Shown here in pieces: positions 1 through 10,346 of a stretch of DNA of 64,000 nucleotides. The DNA is from an uncultured cyanobacterium. GTDB taxonomy: Bacteria; Cyanobacteriota; Cyanobacteriia; Cyanobacteriales; CAWUOF01. The DNA lies in NCBI GenBank assembly GCA_963744145.1, contig CAVUSO010000001.1, positions 2,624,001 to 2,688,000 on the forward strand. Reading direction: 5' to 3'. The notes under the pieces were generated by a model. That model made no database searches. It was not told the DNA's origin and worked only from the letters and a program-made list of their open reading frames with translations. The first letter of the stretch is position 1. The number at the start of each line of letters is the position of its first letter. The translations under genes and the position numbers were made by a program.

Positions 1-587
1 GATGAAAAAGTAGAAGCATTCATAGTATGTTCGGCATGGAGTGTCAGACAAACATCAAATATATGAGCTGCTAACGGATCGGGTTGCTGTTCGTTGAGCA
101 TATAGAGAAAATTGGCAGAATAGTCCAAATCATCTCTTGGTTGGACTGGATCGTTTCCTTTTCTAATCAATTGGAAAGCTGCTACCATGGTCGGAATTTT
201 GGCCAATAACCGCACTACTGCCGCCCGAATATAGGCGGGGTTATCTAGAGCCCGTCGGGAATAGAATAAACCCAAAGCCGCAGCACTAGCTTGGAGTGCG
301 TCCATGGGATGGCCACTTTCGGGAAAGCATTTCATCATATCCCGAATTCGATATTTAATCCGTCGATGATAACGGATTTCATGTTCAAAGTCTTTTAGCT
401 CTTGTTCGGTGGGCAGTTCGTTCCAGATCAATAGATAGGAAGTTTCTAAGAAGTTACTTTTTTCGGCTAAATCTTCAATCCGAATTCCTCGATATTCCAG
501 TATGCCCCTTTGCCCATCTACATAGCTGATGCTGGATTGAGCAGCAGGAATATTTTCTAGACCTGGTCTGTATTCGCAAATATACAT
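1..587 (-). CDS. gltA: Citrate synthase (5' part; runs off window start)
   Basis: Manual translation from ATG at 587 gives MYICEYRPGLENIPAAQSSISYVDGQRGILEYRGIRIEDLAEKSNFLETSYLLIW…HPMDAL…LTLHAEHTMNASTFS, the citrate synthase signature; not in the ORF track because it is truncated. Confidence 0.95.
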   Translation of the reverse strand, partial: MYICEYRPGLENIPAAQSSISYVDGQRGILEYRGIRIEDLAEKSNFLETSYLLIWNELPTEQELKDFEHEIRYHRRIKYRIRDMMKCFPESGHPMDALQASAAALGLFYSRRALDNPAYIRAAVVRLLAKIPTMVAAFQLIRKGNDPVQPRDDLDYSANFLYMLNEQQPDPLAAHIFDVCLTLHAEHTMNASTFS

Positions 588-675
588 GGCTCGACCTTGT
601 TTTTATTGCAATATTCTCAGGTTAAGGTAACGCAAAAGTAATCTTAATTGTCTTTTCCCCAGGATAATTTAATCG

Positions 676-1173
676 CTAAACCAGAAATTTTGGTGATGTT
701 AACCAAAATAACAGGCTTCGCCCCACTGGAGCTCCGGTTTTTGGGATTTTTAAGCCAATGATGCCTGATTTCTTTAAGATCAATACTTCTTTAAATTCAC
801 CCCAAACTAAAATTTCTGCCCATTTACCCAGGTCAGGTTGATGGCCAATTAATGCTAATCGGGTGATGTTTTTGCCGATCGCTGGTTCTAACCACTTTAA
901 CCAGGTGTTAATATCTCCATCGGGTGCTAGAGCCGGAAATTCTTCTAACTGGGTACTTAAACCAGCTTTTTTCAGGATGTCAGCGGTTTGACGAGCGCGG
1001 ATTAAAGGGCTGGTTAAGATCACATCAAATTGATTACCGATCTGGTTAAGTCGAGCCGCAACTTTTTTGGCTTGCTCTTCTCCTTTCGGGGTCAGTGGTC
1101 TTTCCTCGTCCTTAGAGTGTTTTTCTGCATCCACAGCGATCGCGTGACGGATTAAGTATAGTTCGATGGTCAT
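676..1173 (-). CDS. sixA: Phosphohistidine phosphatase SixA
   Basis: LYLIRHA, RPLT, TSPLIRARQTA and GHQP motifs of the histidine-phosphatase SixA family; lies next to gltA. Confidence 0.92.
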   Translation of the reverse strand: MTIELYLIRHAIAVDAEKHSKDEERPLTPKGEEQAKKVAARLNQIGNQFDVILTSPLIRARQTADILKKAGLSTQLEEFPALAPDGDINTWLKWLEPAIGKNITRLALIGHQPDLGKWAEILVWGEFKEVLILKKSGIIGLKIPKTGAPVGRSLLFWLTSPKFLV

Positions 1174-1355
1174 GGTTACTCAGGTAGTAGGGTGATTTAA
1201 TCTGTGGAAATAATTTAATTATCAGGGTTAATTAACTTCATTAGCTTTTTTTTTAAATTTGGCAATCAAAAACTTCCTCAAATTTTCACCATAAACTATG
1301 CACCAAACTAGGACTAGCCAGGTTTGGTCTTGAAGATTTGGTCTGAATTAACAGC

Positions 1356-1853
1356 TTATAGACCAATCACATATTTTTGCCATTCCTGGTGCATTCCACT
1401 TTTCAGGTGCTTGCTGACTTCAAAATGAAGACTGCTATAGGGTTTCCGGGGTGGATGATGCAAGGGCATATTTGCTTCTTTCGGGGTGCGGTTCCCTTTT
1501 TTGATGTTGCAACGTACACAAGCCGTCACAATATTTTCCCAAGAGTCTCCACCACCGCGAGAACGGGGGAAAACATGGTCGAGGGTCATATCATCACCCG
1601 TATAACCGCAGTATTGACAACAGTGTCCGTCACGATGCAGGATGTTCCGGCGGGTCAGAGGAATTTCCTGGTAAGGAACTCGGACATAGTGTCGCAATCG
1701 GATCACTGTAGGTAGAGGCCATTCGGCATAGACAACTTTGCCGTTGTGTTCTACCTGTTCTGCTTTACCTTTGAGCAACAACACCACAGCCCGCCGCCAG
1801 TTGGTAATGTTGAGAGGTTCGTAAGATGCGTTCAATACGAGAACCTTGCCCAT
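1356..1853 (-). CDS. HNH endonuclease family protein (conserved McrA-like type)
   Basis: VLVLNASYEPL N-terminus, CQYCG, TLDHVFPRSRGG and CVRCN motifs. Confidence 0.92.
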   Translation of the reverse strand: MGKVLVLNASYEPLNITNWRRAVVLLLKGKAEQVEHNGKVVYAEWPLPTVIRLRHYVRVPYQEIPLTRRNILHRDGHCCQYCGYTGDDMTLDHVFPRSRGGGDSWENIVTACVRCNIKKGNRTPKEANMPLHHPPRKPYSSLHFEVSKHLKSGMHQEWQKYVIGL

Positions 1854-2106
1854 TGATTATTGCTGAGGAGAAGATTTTTCCAGATCCTAGCACAACTTGC
1901 TCAGATTAGATCAGCCGATCGGCATCTAATCTAGCAAATTAGTAGAAAACTCGAAATCCCAAATCACTTTGACAGTAGAATGGAAGGGTACTCCCAGGCG
2001 GCATTACCTGGCCAGACTACCTGGTCAACTCTTTGCTCGTGCCATCCTATGCCCATCAATTCCAGGGTGATCCCCTAAATCGGTGCAAAATCAGACAAAT
2101 TGACGG

Positions 2107-2135
2107 TTGACAATAAAGTTATTGCAAAGTATAAT
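2107..2135 (+). promoter_or_regulatory. Consensus sigma70-type promoter for the folE2/mptA-ribD pair, with overlapping palindrome
   Basis: TTGACA (2107-2112), 17 bp spacer, TATAAT (2130-2135); CAATAA-ag-TTATTG dyad at 2111-2124. Confidence 0.7.
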
Positions 2136-2362
2136 AAACAAAGGTTCTTAAATACATACTATGGTATCTTATCCCCAAAGTATTACAGTGCAAGTCATTG
2201 GCGTGAAAATAAAGCAAGCATTTCAGTCAGATTAAATGCAGATTTGATTTAGAATCCTTTCCAGCTAGCCTGCACAAATTCATGACTAATGGTTTAGCAT
2301 TCTAGATGCTAAAAAGCCTAAAAAGATTTTCAAGACCACTAATTCTAAGTAAAAAAAAGAGA

Positions 2363-3361
2363 ATGAGTAAATATTTGCCTCAATTTAACCGCAATTGGGC
2401 TGGTTTTTCTGATGTTTTTGGTGTTTCAGCTGATCAGGTTATTTCGAGTATGGATGATGCGGGTGATGATATCCCCGAGCAAGAGCCTAAATATAATATT
2501 TCCTTAAATGCAGTTGGTATAAGTCGCCACGATATTCCCGTCCAAATTTTAGATCCCTTTGGTTCAGGAGAAGTTGTACAAGTTCCTTGTTCTGTCATTG
2601 CCGAAACTGCTGTACCTTACTATAAGCGAGGTATACATATGTCTCGGATTGGCAATCTATTCGCTCAGTTGACAGAAAAAGTGTTTGTGAGTTTACAAGA
2701 ATACTCTTTAAATGTCGCCAACTTGTTAACAGATTTAGAATATGATGGCTCATCTAAAGTAGAAGTCAAGGGGAAACTATCCTATTTAGAACAAGTTGAA
2801 GGTTGGAAGACGGAAAAAAATAAAGTATCGTTAGAACATATAGGTTTAACTGCAAGTACTTATACTAAACAGGAAAAAGGTTATATCCAGAATGCTGGAA
2901 TAGAAGTTTCTAACATTACAGCTTGTCCCTGTGTCCAAAGCACTTATCGACATACGCTATTAAAAAGCAATAGCGAACTGGAGAAGCGCTTAATTAATCC
3001 TTTAATTACCCATTCTCAAAGATGTCGGACTAAGGTAGAGATTTTGAATATTGATGGACAGCTGAATATTCCGATTAAAGAGATCCTCCATCAAGTTGAT
3101 CTAGGAATTGTGAGGGTACTAAATACTCTACCCAGAGAATATGAGCTTTTAATGGTTTATCAAGCACATCGGTATCCTCAATTTATTGAAGATGTGGTCA
3201 GAGAAATAGCGGTTAAAGTCTCTCAAGTTACTCAAGAAAATTTCCCAAATAGTTCTATTCGGGTGACTTCCCAGAGCATGGAATCAATCCATGATTTTGA
3301 TATCCAAGCTTTACTGGAAGATTCCATCCAAAATTTTTGCAACGCAGCTCGTTCAATTTAA
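2363..3361 (+). CDS. folE2: GTP cyclohydrolase, FolE2/MptA family
   Basis: RGIHMSR, ITACPC, THSQR, PQFIEDVVR and ESIH motifs; start taken at MSKYL (ORF track starts at 2306). Confidence 0.85.
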   Translation: MSKYLPQFNRNWAGFSDVFGVSADQVISSMDDAGDDIPEQEPKYNISLNAVGISRHDIPVQILDPFGSGEVVQVPCSVIAETAVPYYKRGIHMSRIGNLFAQLTEKVFVSLQEYSLNVANLLTDLEYDGSSKVEVKGKLSYLEQVEGWKTEKNKVSLEHIGLTASTYTKQEKGYIQNAGIEVSNITACPCVQSTYRHTLLKSNSELEKRLINPLITHSQRCRTKVEILNIDGQLNIPIKEILHQVDLGIVRVLNTLPREYELLMVYQAHRYPQFIEDVVREIAVKVSQVTQENFPNSSIRVTSQSMESIHDFDIQALLEDSIQNFCNAARSI

Positions 3362-3375
3362 TCACAACCCCAAAA

Positions 3376-4071
3376 ATGGTTACAGTCACCACTATTAATA
3401 GACCACAAACAACAGTGGTTTTAGCAATGAGTGCTGATGGGAAGATTTCCGATTTTAAGCGATCGCCTCCTAAATTCGGTTCCCCATCTGATCAAGCACA
3501 CTTAGAAAAGCAAATCGCTCAATCTGATGGTGTAATGTTGGGTGCTGGAACTCTCCGTGCTGATGGGATTGCTGCCATTATTACTAACCCTGAACTTCTA
3601 GAACAACGGAAACAGCAAGGGAAATCACCACAACTAGTCCAAATTGTTTGCTCTGGTGGTGGTTTAATCGATCCCCAATTAGACTTTTTTCATCAACCTG
3701 TATCGCGTTGGTTGCTCACGACTAAAATCGGTGCTCAACATTGGCAAGGACGTTCAGAATTTGAGCAGATTTTAATTATGGAAACACCGAAAGGAGAAAT
3801 AGACTGGATTAGTGCTTTTGGGCAATTAACCACCTTAGGAATGAGCCATATTTCAATAATTGGTGGTGGTGAATTAGTATCCTCACTACTATTATTTGAT
3901 TTGATTGATGAAATATGGTTAACAATATGTCCTTTGATTTTTGGTGGTTTAACAGCACCTACCCCAGTAGCAGGTAAAGGTTTTTTATTTTCAGAAGCTC
4001 CTCGGTTAGAATTGTTAGAACTGCATAAAATTGATCAGGAAGTTTTCCTTCACTATCGCCGAAAAAGATGA
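3376..4071 (+). CDS. RibD C-terminal (pyrimidine reductase/DHFR-like) family protein
   Basis: LAMSADGKI, GAGTLR, GGGELV and LIDEIWLTICPLIFGG motifs; ATG at 3376. Confidence 0.88.
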   Translation: MVTVTTINRPQTTVVLAMSADGKISDFKRSPPKFGSPSDQAHLEKQIAQSDGVMLGAGTLRADGIAAIITNPELLEQRKQQGKSPQLVQIVCSGGGLIDPQLDFFHQPVSRWLLTTKIGAQHWQGRSEFEQILIMETPKGEIDWISAFGQLTTLGMSHISIIGGGELVSSLLLFDLIDEIWLTICPLIFGGLTAPTPVAGKGFLFSEAPRLELLELHKIDQEVFLHYRRKR

Positions 4072-4178
4072 TCAAGAAAGTTCTTGGTGAGTAATGATTT
4101 GGCAGTTTGAGATTAATTTTTAACTGCCAATTTGCTTTCTCGGCCAAAATCAAATATGGAGAGACAGATAATTTCCAA

Positions 4179-6431
4179 TTATTGCAGCAGCTCTATAATA
4201 GTATCAAATTGATAATTATTAACTAAATCAAATAGTTCCTTATTTAAAGCAGCATCATCATCAGGGAGTTCAGCAAGTAAGTTAAAAATTAAATCTGCAT
4301 CAGCACAAATAGCTCCGTAATACAACCGTTTTAGCCATTCATTGGGCTTTGTCTGGAGCATTTCCTTAGTTGGTTTTTCGGTAGAGAGTGTTAATTTAGC
4401 CAAAGATGGCTGTTGATTTTCGCTTTCATAAATATAACTAATTTGTAAATGTTCGGCAATTTTTGTTAAAATCACATCTTCTTGAAAAGGTTTACTAAGA
4501 AAGTCGTCACAACCTGCGGCTAAAATTGCGGCTCTTTCTTCATCAAAGGTACTAGCAGTTAAAGCAATAATTACTGGGTTAAACCTAGATTGATTTGTAG
4601 CTTTAATAGATTTAGTAGCTGCATATCCATCCATAATGGGCATCCGCATATCCATTAAAATCAAGTGGGGTTGCCAACTTAAACACAAATCGACAGCTTC
4701 TTGACCATTTTCAGCTTCACACACTTGAAATCCGATTCTTTTTAAGAATTTTATAATAGGGAGTCTATTGATTTTAGCATCATCAACGATCAGAATGCGG
4801 TAAGGTGGTTGTTCTGGTGCTAAACCAATCACCCGGATTTTGGCTTTTTTGGTTTCAATTTTTGGCGATCGAGACAAAGTAACCTGAATATCAAATGTAA
4901 AAATAGTGCCTTGATTAGGAATACTACTAACCCAGATATCTCCTCCCATCATTTGCACAAATTTTCGGCTAATGGGTAAACCTAATCCACTACCCTCTTG
5001 GGATTTACGACCTGTTTCAGTTTGGACAAATGGATCAAACAGAGTAGCGAGTTCTTCTGATGCTATTCCTAACCCCGTATCGGCAACTTTAAATAGCAAA
5101 CGTGCCGAGGTCAATGATCTAATTTCATCAGCTTTACTTACCTGTAATTTCACTTGACCTATGTCCGTAAATTTAATCGAATTTCCCAGTAAATTTAGCA
5201 AAACTTGCCGCAATTTATTTTCATCTGTTTGGACAAATTGAGGCAGATCAATACTACGTTCATGGATTAATTTTAAACCTTTAGATTTCGCTTTAACTTG
5301 CAGCATTTGTTCAACATGATCAAGCAAATTATATAAATTAAAACAATTTTCGTTCAGAGTTAATTTACCAGCTTCAATTTGAGACATCGATAAAATATCA
5401 TTAATTAAAGTCAGTAAATGTTCCCCACTGCGATTAATAATCGTCACATATTCTCTCTGTTCTGGATTCAGTGCTAAATCGCGCTCTAGCAATTGAGAAA
5501 AGCCTAAAATAGCATTTAATGGAGTCCGCAGTTCGTGACTCATATTGGCTAAAAATAAACTTTTAGTAAGATTAGCTTTATCCGCAGTTTCCTTGGCTTG
5601 TTGCAGGGCAGATTCTGCATATTTACGGGCGGTAATATCGACAACAGTTGCCGCAGCTCCGATCGCATTTCCATGTTGATCAATTAAGCTCGTATTATGC
5701 CATTCACAAATAATAATTTTCCCATCTTTGGTGATATTTTCATTAATACTACAAGAGCTACTTTGAGTACGAATCAACTCAAGTAAGCTTAATTTCATTA
5801 GCTCTTGATGATTTTCAGTCATCACCAGTCTAGTAATATTAATACCTAAAATCTGATCTTTTTGATAACCAAAAATTAATTCAGCAGTTGGGTTCCAATC
5901 GACAATTTCTAAGTCAAGATTTATTTCAATTAAAGCTAAAGGAGTTTGTTTAAATAAAAAGGAAAGTCTTGATTGAGAATTGATCAATTCCTCTTCTACA
6001 CTCTTGCGATCGCTAATATCAATGGCTGTACCAATAATTTGTTTTGGTTTACCATCAGCAGTTCTAGTAAACACACTATCACGACTCAAAAACCAGTGCC
6101 ATTCACCGTTTTTATGCCGCAATCGATATTCCGACTCCAGCACTTCACCTTCTTGAAAAGCATAAAATTTTTTCAGCTTTTGCGGAACTTTAGCCAAATC
6201 ATTTGGGTGCATTAATTTAGTAAAAGCTAAATCCCCTAATTCTTGTGCTGCTTCAGGTGAATAACCTAAAACTATACCAATTTCTCGATTAACATACACA
6301 GTCCGTTTTTCTAGTAAGTCGTAAATATAGATAAGATTAGGGTTAATTGCGGCAAAAAAAGCCCGTAGTTTAGATTCGGAAGCTAACCGTGCTAGCTCTG
6401 CTAGATCTGTTTGATTTGGATAGATATTCAT
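4179..6431 (-). CDS. PAS-PAS hybrid histidine kinase / response regulator
   Basis: Two PAS/PAC domains, FLANMSHELRTPLN H-box, NLLGNSIKFT, GSGLGL, REC domain (ILIVDD…LMDMRMP). Confidence 0.93.
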   Translation of the reverse strand: MNIYPNQTDLAELARLASESKLRAFFAAINPNLIYIYDLLEKRTVYVNREIGIVLGYSPEAAQELGDLAFTKLMHPNDLAKVPQKLKKFYAFQEGEVLESEYRLRHKNGEWHWFLSRDSVFTRTADGKPKQIIGTAIDISDRKSVEEELINSQSRLSFLFKQTPLALIEINLDLEIVDWNPTAELIFGYQKDQILGINITRLVMTENHQELMKLSLLELIRTQSSSCSINENITKDGKIIICEWHNTSLIDQHGNAIGAAATVVDITARKYAESALQQAKETADKANLTKSLFLANMSHELRTPLNAILGFSQLLERDLALNPEQREYVTIINRSGEHLLTLINDILSMSQIEAGKLTLNENCFNLYNLLDHVEQMLQVKAKSKGLKLIHERSIDLPQFVQTDENKLRQVLLNLLGNSIKFTDIGQVKLQVSKADEIRSLTSARLLFKVADTGLGIASEELATLFDPFVQTETGRKSQEGSGLGLPISRKFVQMMGGDIWVSSIPNQGTIFTFDIQVTLSRSPKIETKKAKIRVIGLAPEQPPYRILIVDDAKINRLPIIKFLKRIGFQVCEAENGQEAVDLCLSWQPHLILMDMRMPIMDGYAATKSIKATNQSRFNPVIIALTASTFDEERAAILAAGCDDFLSKPFQEDVILTKIAEHLQISYIYESENQQPSLAKLTLSTEKPTKEMLQTKPNEWLKRLYYGAICADADLIFNLLAELPDDDAALNKELFDLVNNYQFDTIIELLQ

Positions 6432-6497
6432 CTGTTTCTCAGGTAATACCAATAACCCATGAAATTGTACTTAATCTGAGTCTGATCTGTTAGCTAT

Positions 6498-6552
6498 GGG
6501 CAGGTTTATGATAGTTATCTGTTAGTGACCAAATTTATTGGTAAACCTGCCC
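6498..6552. repeat. REP-like inverted repeat
   Basis: GGGCAGGTTTA … TAAACCTGCCC arms; related to the hairpin at ~57876-57931. Confidence 0.6.
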
Positions 6553-6602
6553 CCACCCACAGATCAATCGTCATACTTTTATCCCCTAGTATTACACTTT
6601 TT

Positions 6603-8921
6603 TTAGATTTTTTCAGAAAATGGGGTTGAGATTTTACCTGTTAGTAAATAAGTCATCATCTTTCCTTTTCCTTTGACTTCGAGCAGACCCCGCTGTTTAA
6701 ACAGATATTTATCCTTTAATATTTGATAAGTTACATCTGTGACTTGAATGGTGTCTGTAATTCCCTGGGATTCCATCCGACTAGCTGTATTAACGGTATC
6801 ACCCCACAAATCATAGATAAACTTTTTCAGACCAATTACCCCAGCAACTACTGGACCAGTATTAATACCGATCCGAATCCTTAATGATTTTCCCGTTTCT
6901 AGATTAAATTGATTAATATCTGCTTGAATATCAAGAGCCATTTCTGCGATCGCGACCGCATGATCAATTCTGGGTGTAGGTAAACCACCAACTACCATAT
7001 AAGCATCACCAATTGTTTTGATTTTTTCTAATTGATGCTGTTCAGTTAATTGATCAAATCGAGAAAAAATTTCATTGAGTAATCCTACTAGTTCGGTCGG
7101 TGGAATTTGAGCGGAAAGTTGAGTAAAACCAACAATGTCAGCAAATAAGACTGTTACTTCTGCAAAACTATCGGCAATTGTATGTTCTAGTTTTAATCTC
7201 TGGGCGATCGCTGCTGGTAAAATATTCAGTAGTAAACGTTCTGATTGTTCCTGTTCGTAACGTAATGCTGCTTCTGCTCGTTTACGTTCAGTAATATCTC
7301 GAAAACTCCACACACGACCGACAATTGTTTCCCCCATCCGCTCCGGGAGGGAATAATGCTCAAAAATTCTCCCATCCTGAAGTTCAATTAAGTCATTAAC
7401 TTCTAAATCTGGCTGATTATATATTTGTTTGAGCAAATTTAGTGCTGTTTCTGGATCTTTCAATCGTTTGGCAAAAAATCTCAACTGCTCTTGAGGACTA
7501 AATAATAACAGTAAGTCTTTAGAAATATCCCACATTTCCAGAAACTTATTATTTAGATTAATCACCTTACCATTAATATCTACTGCGAGAATCCCATCCG
7601 CAGTAGATTCAAATGTAGCTTGGAGTAATGCTAAAGATTTTTCCAGCGCAATTTCTGCTTGTTTACGACTGGTTATATCTTCTACTGTCCCTTCATAATA
7701 CAGGATTTTGCCATCCGGATCTCGCACAGTGCGAGAGTTTTCTGAAATCCAAACGATACTACCATCTTGACGATAAACCTGAGATTCAAATTGAGATACA
7801 ACATTATGTTTATTTGATTCTGCAATAAACTGATCCCTGCGATGGGGAATCACATAAAGTTGCTGATTGAGATCAGTCAACTTAGTCACCATTTCGGTTA
7901 GGGATCTATATCCAAATAGACGTGCTAGCGTCGGATTAGCGCTGATAAATTCTCCAGTTGGGGTGGTCTGAAAAATACCTTCAGTTGAATTTTCAAAAAT
8001 ACTGCGATATTTTTCTTCTGCTAATTTGGTTGCTGCTAGTGATACTTGTAGTTTTTCTTTCGCTGCACTTACTAATTCAGCGGCTTTTCTTAATCTCATG
8101 ATAATGTAAGCTGCAATACTTACAATTACAATAATATCAAATAAATATAATAATAGGCGATAAAATCCATTATTTTTTAAAGCTTTTTCATAATTATCAT
8201 TGTAAGCTTTATACAGGATTTCATTATGTTCCCATGTGGGGAGTGAAACTAGATTTTCGAGCAGATTATCTACTTGTGGTTTATGAGTAAGAATCACTTT
8301 AATATGAATAATTACTGTATCTAAATCTACTGGATTGATGACTGGTTTATCCTCATATTTATTTTCCGCTAGAGCATTGAGTTCTTCACGTATTTTTGGG
8401 GCTAAATCTTCGCTTGCTGTTAAATTATAAATGAGCACGTCTTGCAATATTTCATTCAAATCATCGGCAAGATTACGGTTTTTTAAGGTAATTTTTTGGG
8501 TCAGATCCGTGATTAAAATTGGTAAGTAGTATAAAGAATTTTTCAGCACAGCATTACGAGATTTAAACTTTTCAATTAAATCATCTTTTCGCTGTTGCAA
8601 TTTGATACAATCTGTCAGCAATTGGTGAATTTCAACTTGTCCATTTGGATCAATAAAGCTGGGGGTATGCTGTAATTTTTGTTCGATGGTCGTTAGTTCA
8701 TTAATCTGATTGACAATTGGATCGTAATAAGTCAATAATCCATATCTTAGTTCAAAGATATTTTGATTAATATTCGCATCTAACTCTTTCATCCGACGCA
8801 AATTTGTATTAAATCGGTCATGTTGTTGAAAATCAATTTCTCCGGTTTTAAGCCATAAAAACAGAAAGATTAACAATCCAATTATGACCACTAAATAATT
8901 GCGTCTATTTTGCATAGTCAT
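6603..8921 (-). CDS. Membrane adenylate cyclase with DAHL-like periplasmic sensor and two PAS domains
   Basis: N-terminal TM, all-helical periplasmic domain (YYDPIV…EKFKSRNAVLKNSLYYLP), second TM, two PAS domains, class III cyclase (LFADIVGFT, EKIKTIGDAY, YDLWGDTVNTASRMES). Confidence 0.88.
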   Translation of the reverse strand: MTMQNRRNYLVVIIGLLIFLFLWLKTGEIDFQQHDRFNTNLRRMKELDANINQNIFELRYGLLTYYDPIVNQINELTTIEQKLQHTPSFIDPNGQVEIHQLLTDCIKLQQRKDDLIEKFKSRNAVLKNSLYYLPILITDLTQKITLKNRNLADDLNEILQDVLIYNLTASEDLAPKIREELNALAENKYEDKPVINPVDLDTVIIHIKVILTHKPQVDNLLENLVSLPTWEHNEILYKAYNDNYEKALKNNGFYRLLLYLFDIIVIVSIAAYIIMRLRKAAELVSAAKEKLQVSLAATKLAEEKYRSIFENSTEGIFQTTPTGEFISANPTLARLFGYRSLTEMVTKLTDLNQQLYVIPHRRDQFIAESNKHNVVSQFESQVYRQDGSIVWISENSRTVRDPDGKILYYEGTVEDITSRKQAEIALEKSLALLQATFESTADGILAVDINGKVINLNNKFLEMWDISKDLLLLFSPQEQLRFFAKRLKDPETALNLLKQIYNQPDLEVNDLIELQDGRIFEHYSLPERMGETIVGRVWSFRDITERKRAEAALRYEQEQSERLLLNILPAAIAQRLKLEHTIADSFAEVTVLFADIVGFTQLSAQIPPTELVGLLNEIFSRFDQLTEQHQLEKIKTIGDAYMVVGGLPTPRIDHAVAIAEMALDIQADINQFNLETGKSLRIRIGINTGPVVAGVIGLKKFIYDLWGDTVNTASRMESQGITDTIQVTDVTYQILKDKYLFKQRGLLEVKGKGKMMTYLLTGKISTPFSEKI

Positions 8922-9958
8922 AAAGGTTTACCTTGATATTCACCAGTTAGGGTTTCCAAAAATTCGCTAATTAAGTAAATTTGTTCAGCTTGAAGTTGAC
9001 GTCCTAATTGATATTTAGCCATCAAAGCGATCGCTGTTTCTAAATCTGAAGCTGACCCATCGTGAAAATAAGGTGCAGTTAAGGTAATATTGCGTAAGCT
9101 CGGCACTTTAAAAACATAACGATCTTCTTCATTTTTAGTAACATTGTATCTCCCCCAATCTTCGGGGATAACCTGACCGCGATCGGCAAAGTAATCTCCT
9201 AATACACCAAATTTTTCAAACAGGTTTCCCCCCACATTAACCCCCTGATGACAGGTAATACAGCCATAGCTTTTAAAAATCATATACCCATCTTTTTGGG
9301 CTTTCGTAATTGCTTTTTTATCACCGCGTAGATATTGGTCAAATGGGGAATTGGGGGTAGTCAGAGAACGTTCAAAAGTCGCGATCGCATCTTCAATATT
9401 ATGAGGATTTATCCCATCAGAATAGACCTGAGCAAATTCTTGAACCAAGCTGCGATTATTTTTTAATTTCCGGACTACGTCCGTCCAGTTTGAATCCAGA
9501 CTGTGAGGATTTTTAACTGATTTTTCAATTTGTTCTTCTAGAGTATCAACATTACCATTCCAATTTTGTTTAAAATTGAAACTACTATTAAATACTGTCG
9601 GTGTATTAAGTGGCCAAATGTTGCCATTTGTGCCGACTGAATAAGTTAATCCATCCATCCCAGCTTGACTTAAGTTATGACAACTAGCACAGGAAGTATT
9701 ATTATTTTTTGAGAGCTGAGTATCTTGAAATAGTTTCTGCCCTAAAGCAACTTTTTGGGGCTGCAAATTAATTTGAAGTGGGATAGGCTGAATTGGTTCT
9801 TTAACAGGTTTTTCCACCAGTTCATTGGGAATTTGATCAGCTTTTTCTAGGATATGTACCTGGGGCAAGATGGCAAATATAAAGAAGAATATTACCACTA
9901 GCAAAAATAGGCAAATCCATTTAACTGATTTAGTAGTTAAGAATTCTCTTTTAATCAT
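8918..9958 (-). CDS. Di-heme cytochrome c peroxidase (CcpA/MauG family)
   Basis: Two CxxCH motifs (CASCH, CITCH), NTPTVFN, FKVPSLRNI..TAPYFHDG; N-terminal membrane anchor; ATGA overlap with the cyclase gene. Confidence 0.93.
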   Translation of the reverse strand: MIKREFLTTKSVKWICLFLLVVIFFFIFAILPQVHILEKADQIPNELVEKPVKEPIQPIPLQINLQPQKVALGQKLFQDTQLSKNNNTSCASCHNLSQAGMDGLTYSVGTNGNIWPLNTPTVFNSSFNFKQNWNGNVDTLEEQIEKSVKNPHSLDSNWTDVVRKLKNNRSLVQEFAQVYSDGINPHNIEDAIATFERSLTTPNSPFDQYLRGDKKAITKAQKDGYMIFKSYGCITCHQGVNVGGNLFEKFGVLGDYFADRGQVIPEDWGRYNVTKNEEDRYVFKVPSLRNITLTAPYFHDGSASDLETAIALMAKYQLGRQLQAEQIYLISEFLETLTGEYQGKPL

Positions 9959-10030
9959 ATAACAGCTATATTCTGATTAAATCCGACCTGATAATTAGAC
10001 AAAATCAGGACATAAAAATTTTCGGGACAC

Positions 10031-10086
10031 GGACAGGCAAGATGCCTGTCCCACCATCTTGTGTGGGACGGGCATCTTGCCCGTCC
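10031..10086. repeat. Paired REP-like palindromes
   Basis: GGACAGGCAAGATGCCTGTCCCA and an inverted copy TGGGACGGGCATCTTGCCCGTCC; a variant recurs at 22108-22130. Confidence 0.7.
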
Positions 10087-10346
10087 TATTTATTTTTGCA
10101 AGAGGTCTAAGGATCAGTCGGTAGTGCTAAAAATGGCCATTATGCTGCTGTTGACATGGCACCCCAGGAATAAAAGTGCTGTTTGTATTTTAAACAGTTG
10201 TAGCTGAAAGCAGGATGCTAGGATAATTCTCTTGCTGCATCTAGTTGAATCGGGAAAAAGAGTTAATTTTTTAAATTTGCCCTGAAAAATTAGTTTTGCC
10301 AAGATGAATTATAGAAATTGGTGTGAAAAGGTAGGAATGACGAATC

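Noticed and set aside
1356..1853. HNH nuclease as a mobile or defence element
   Set aside because: Looks like the ordinary conserved stand-alone family; no methylase, intron or repeat context
2161..2235. 24-codon ORF (MVSYPQSITVQ…) in the folE2 leader as attenuator peptide or riboswitch
   Set aside because: No enriched codons, terminator or recognisable riboswitch consensus
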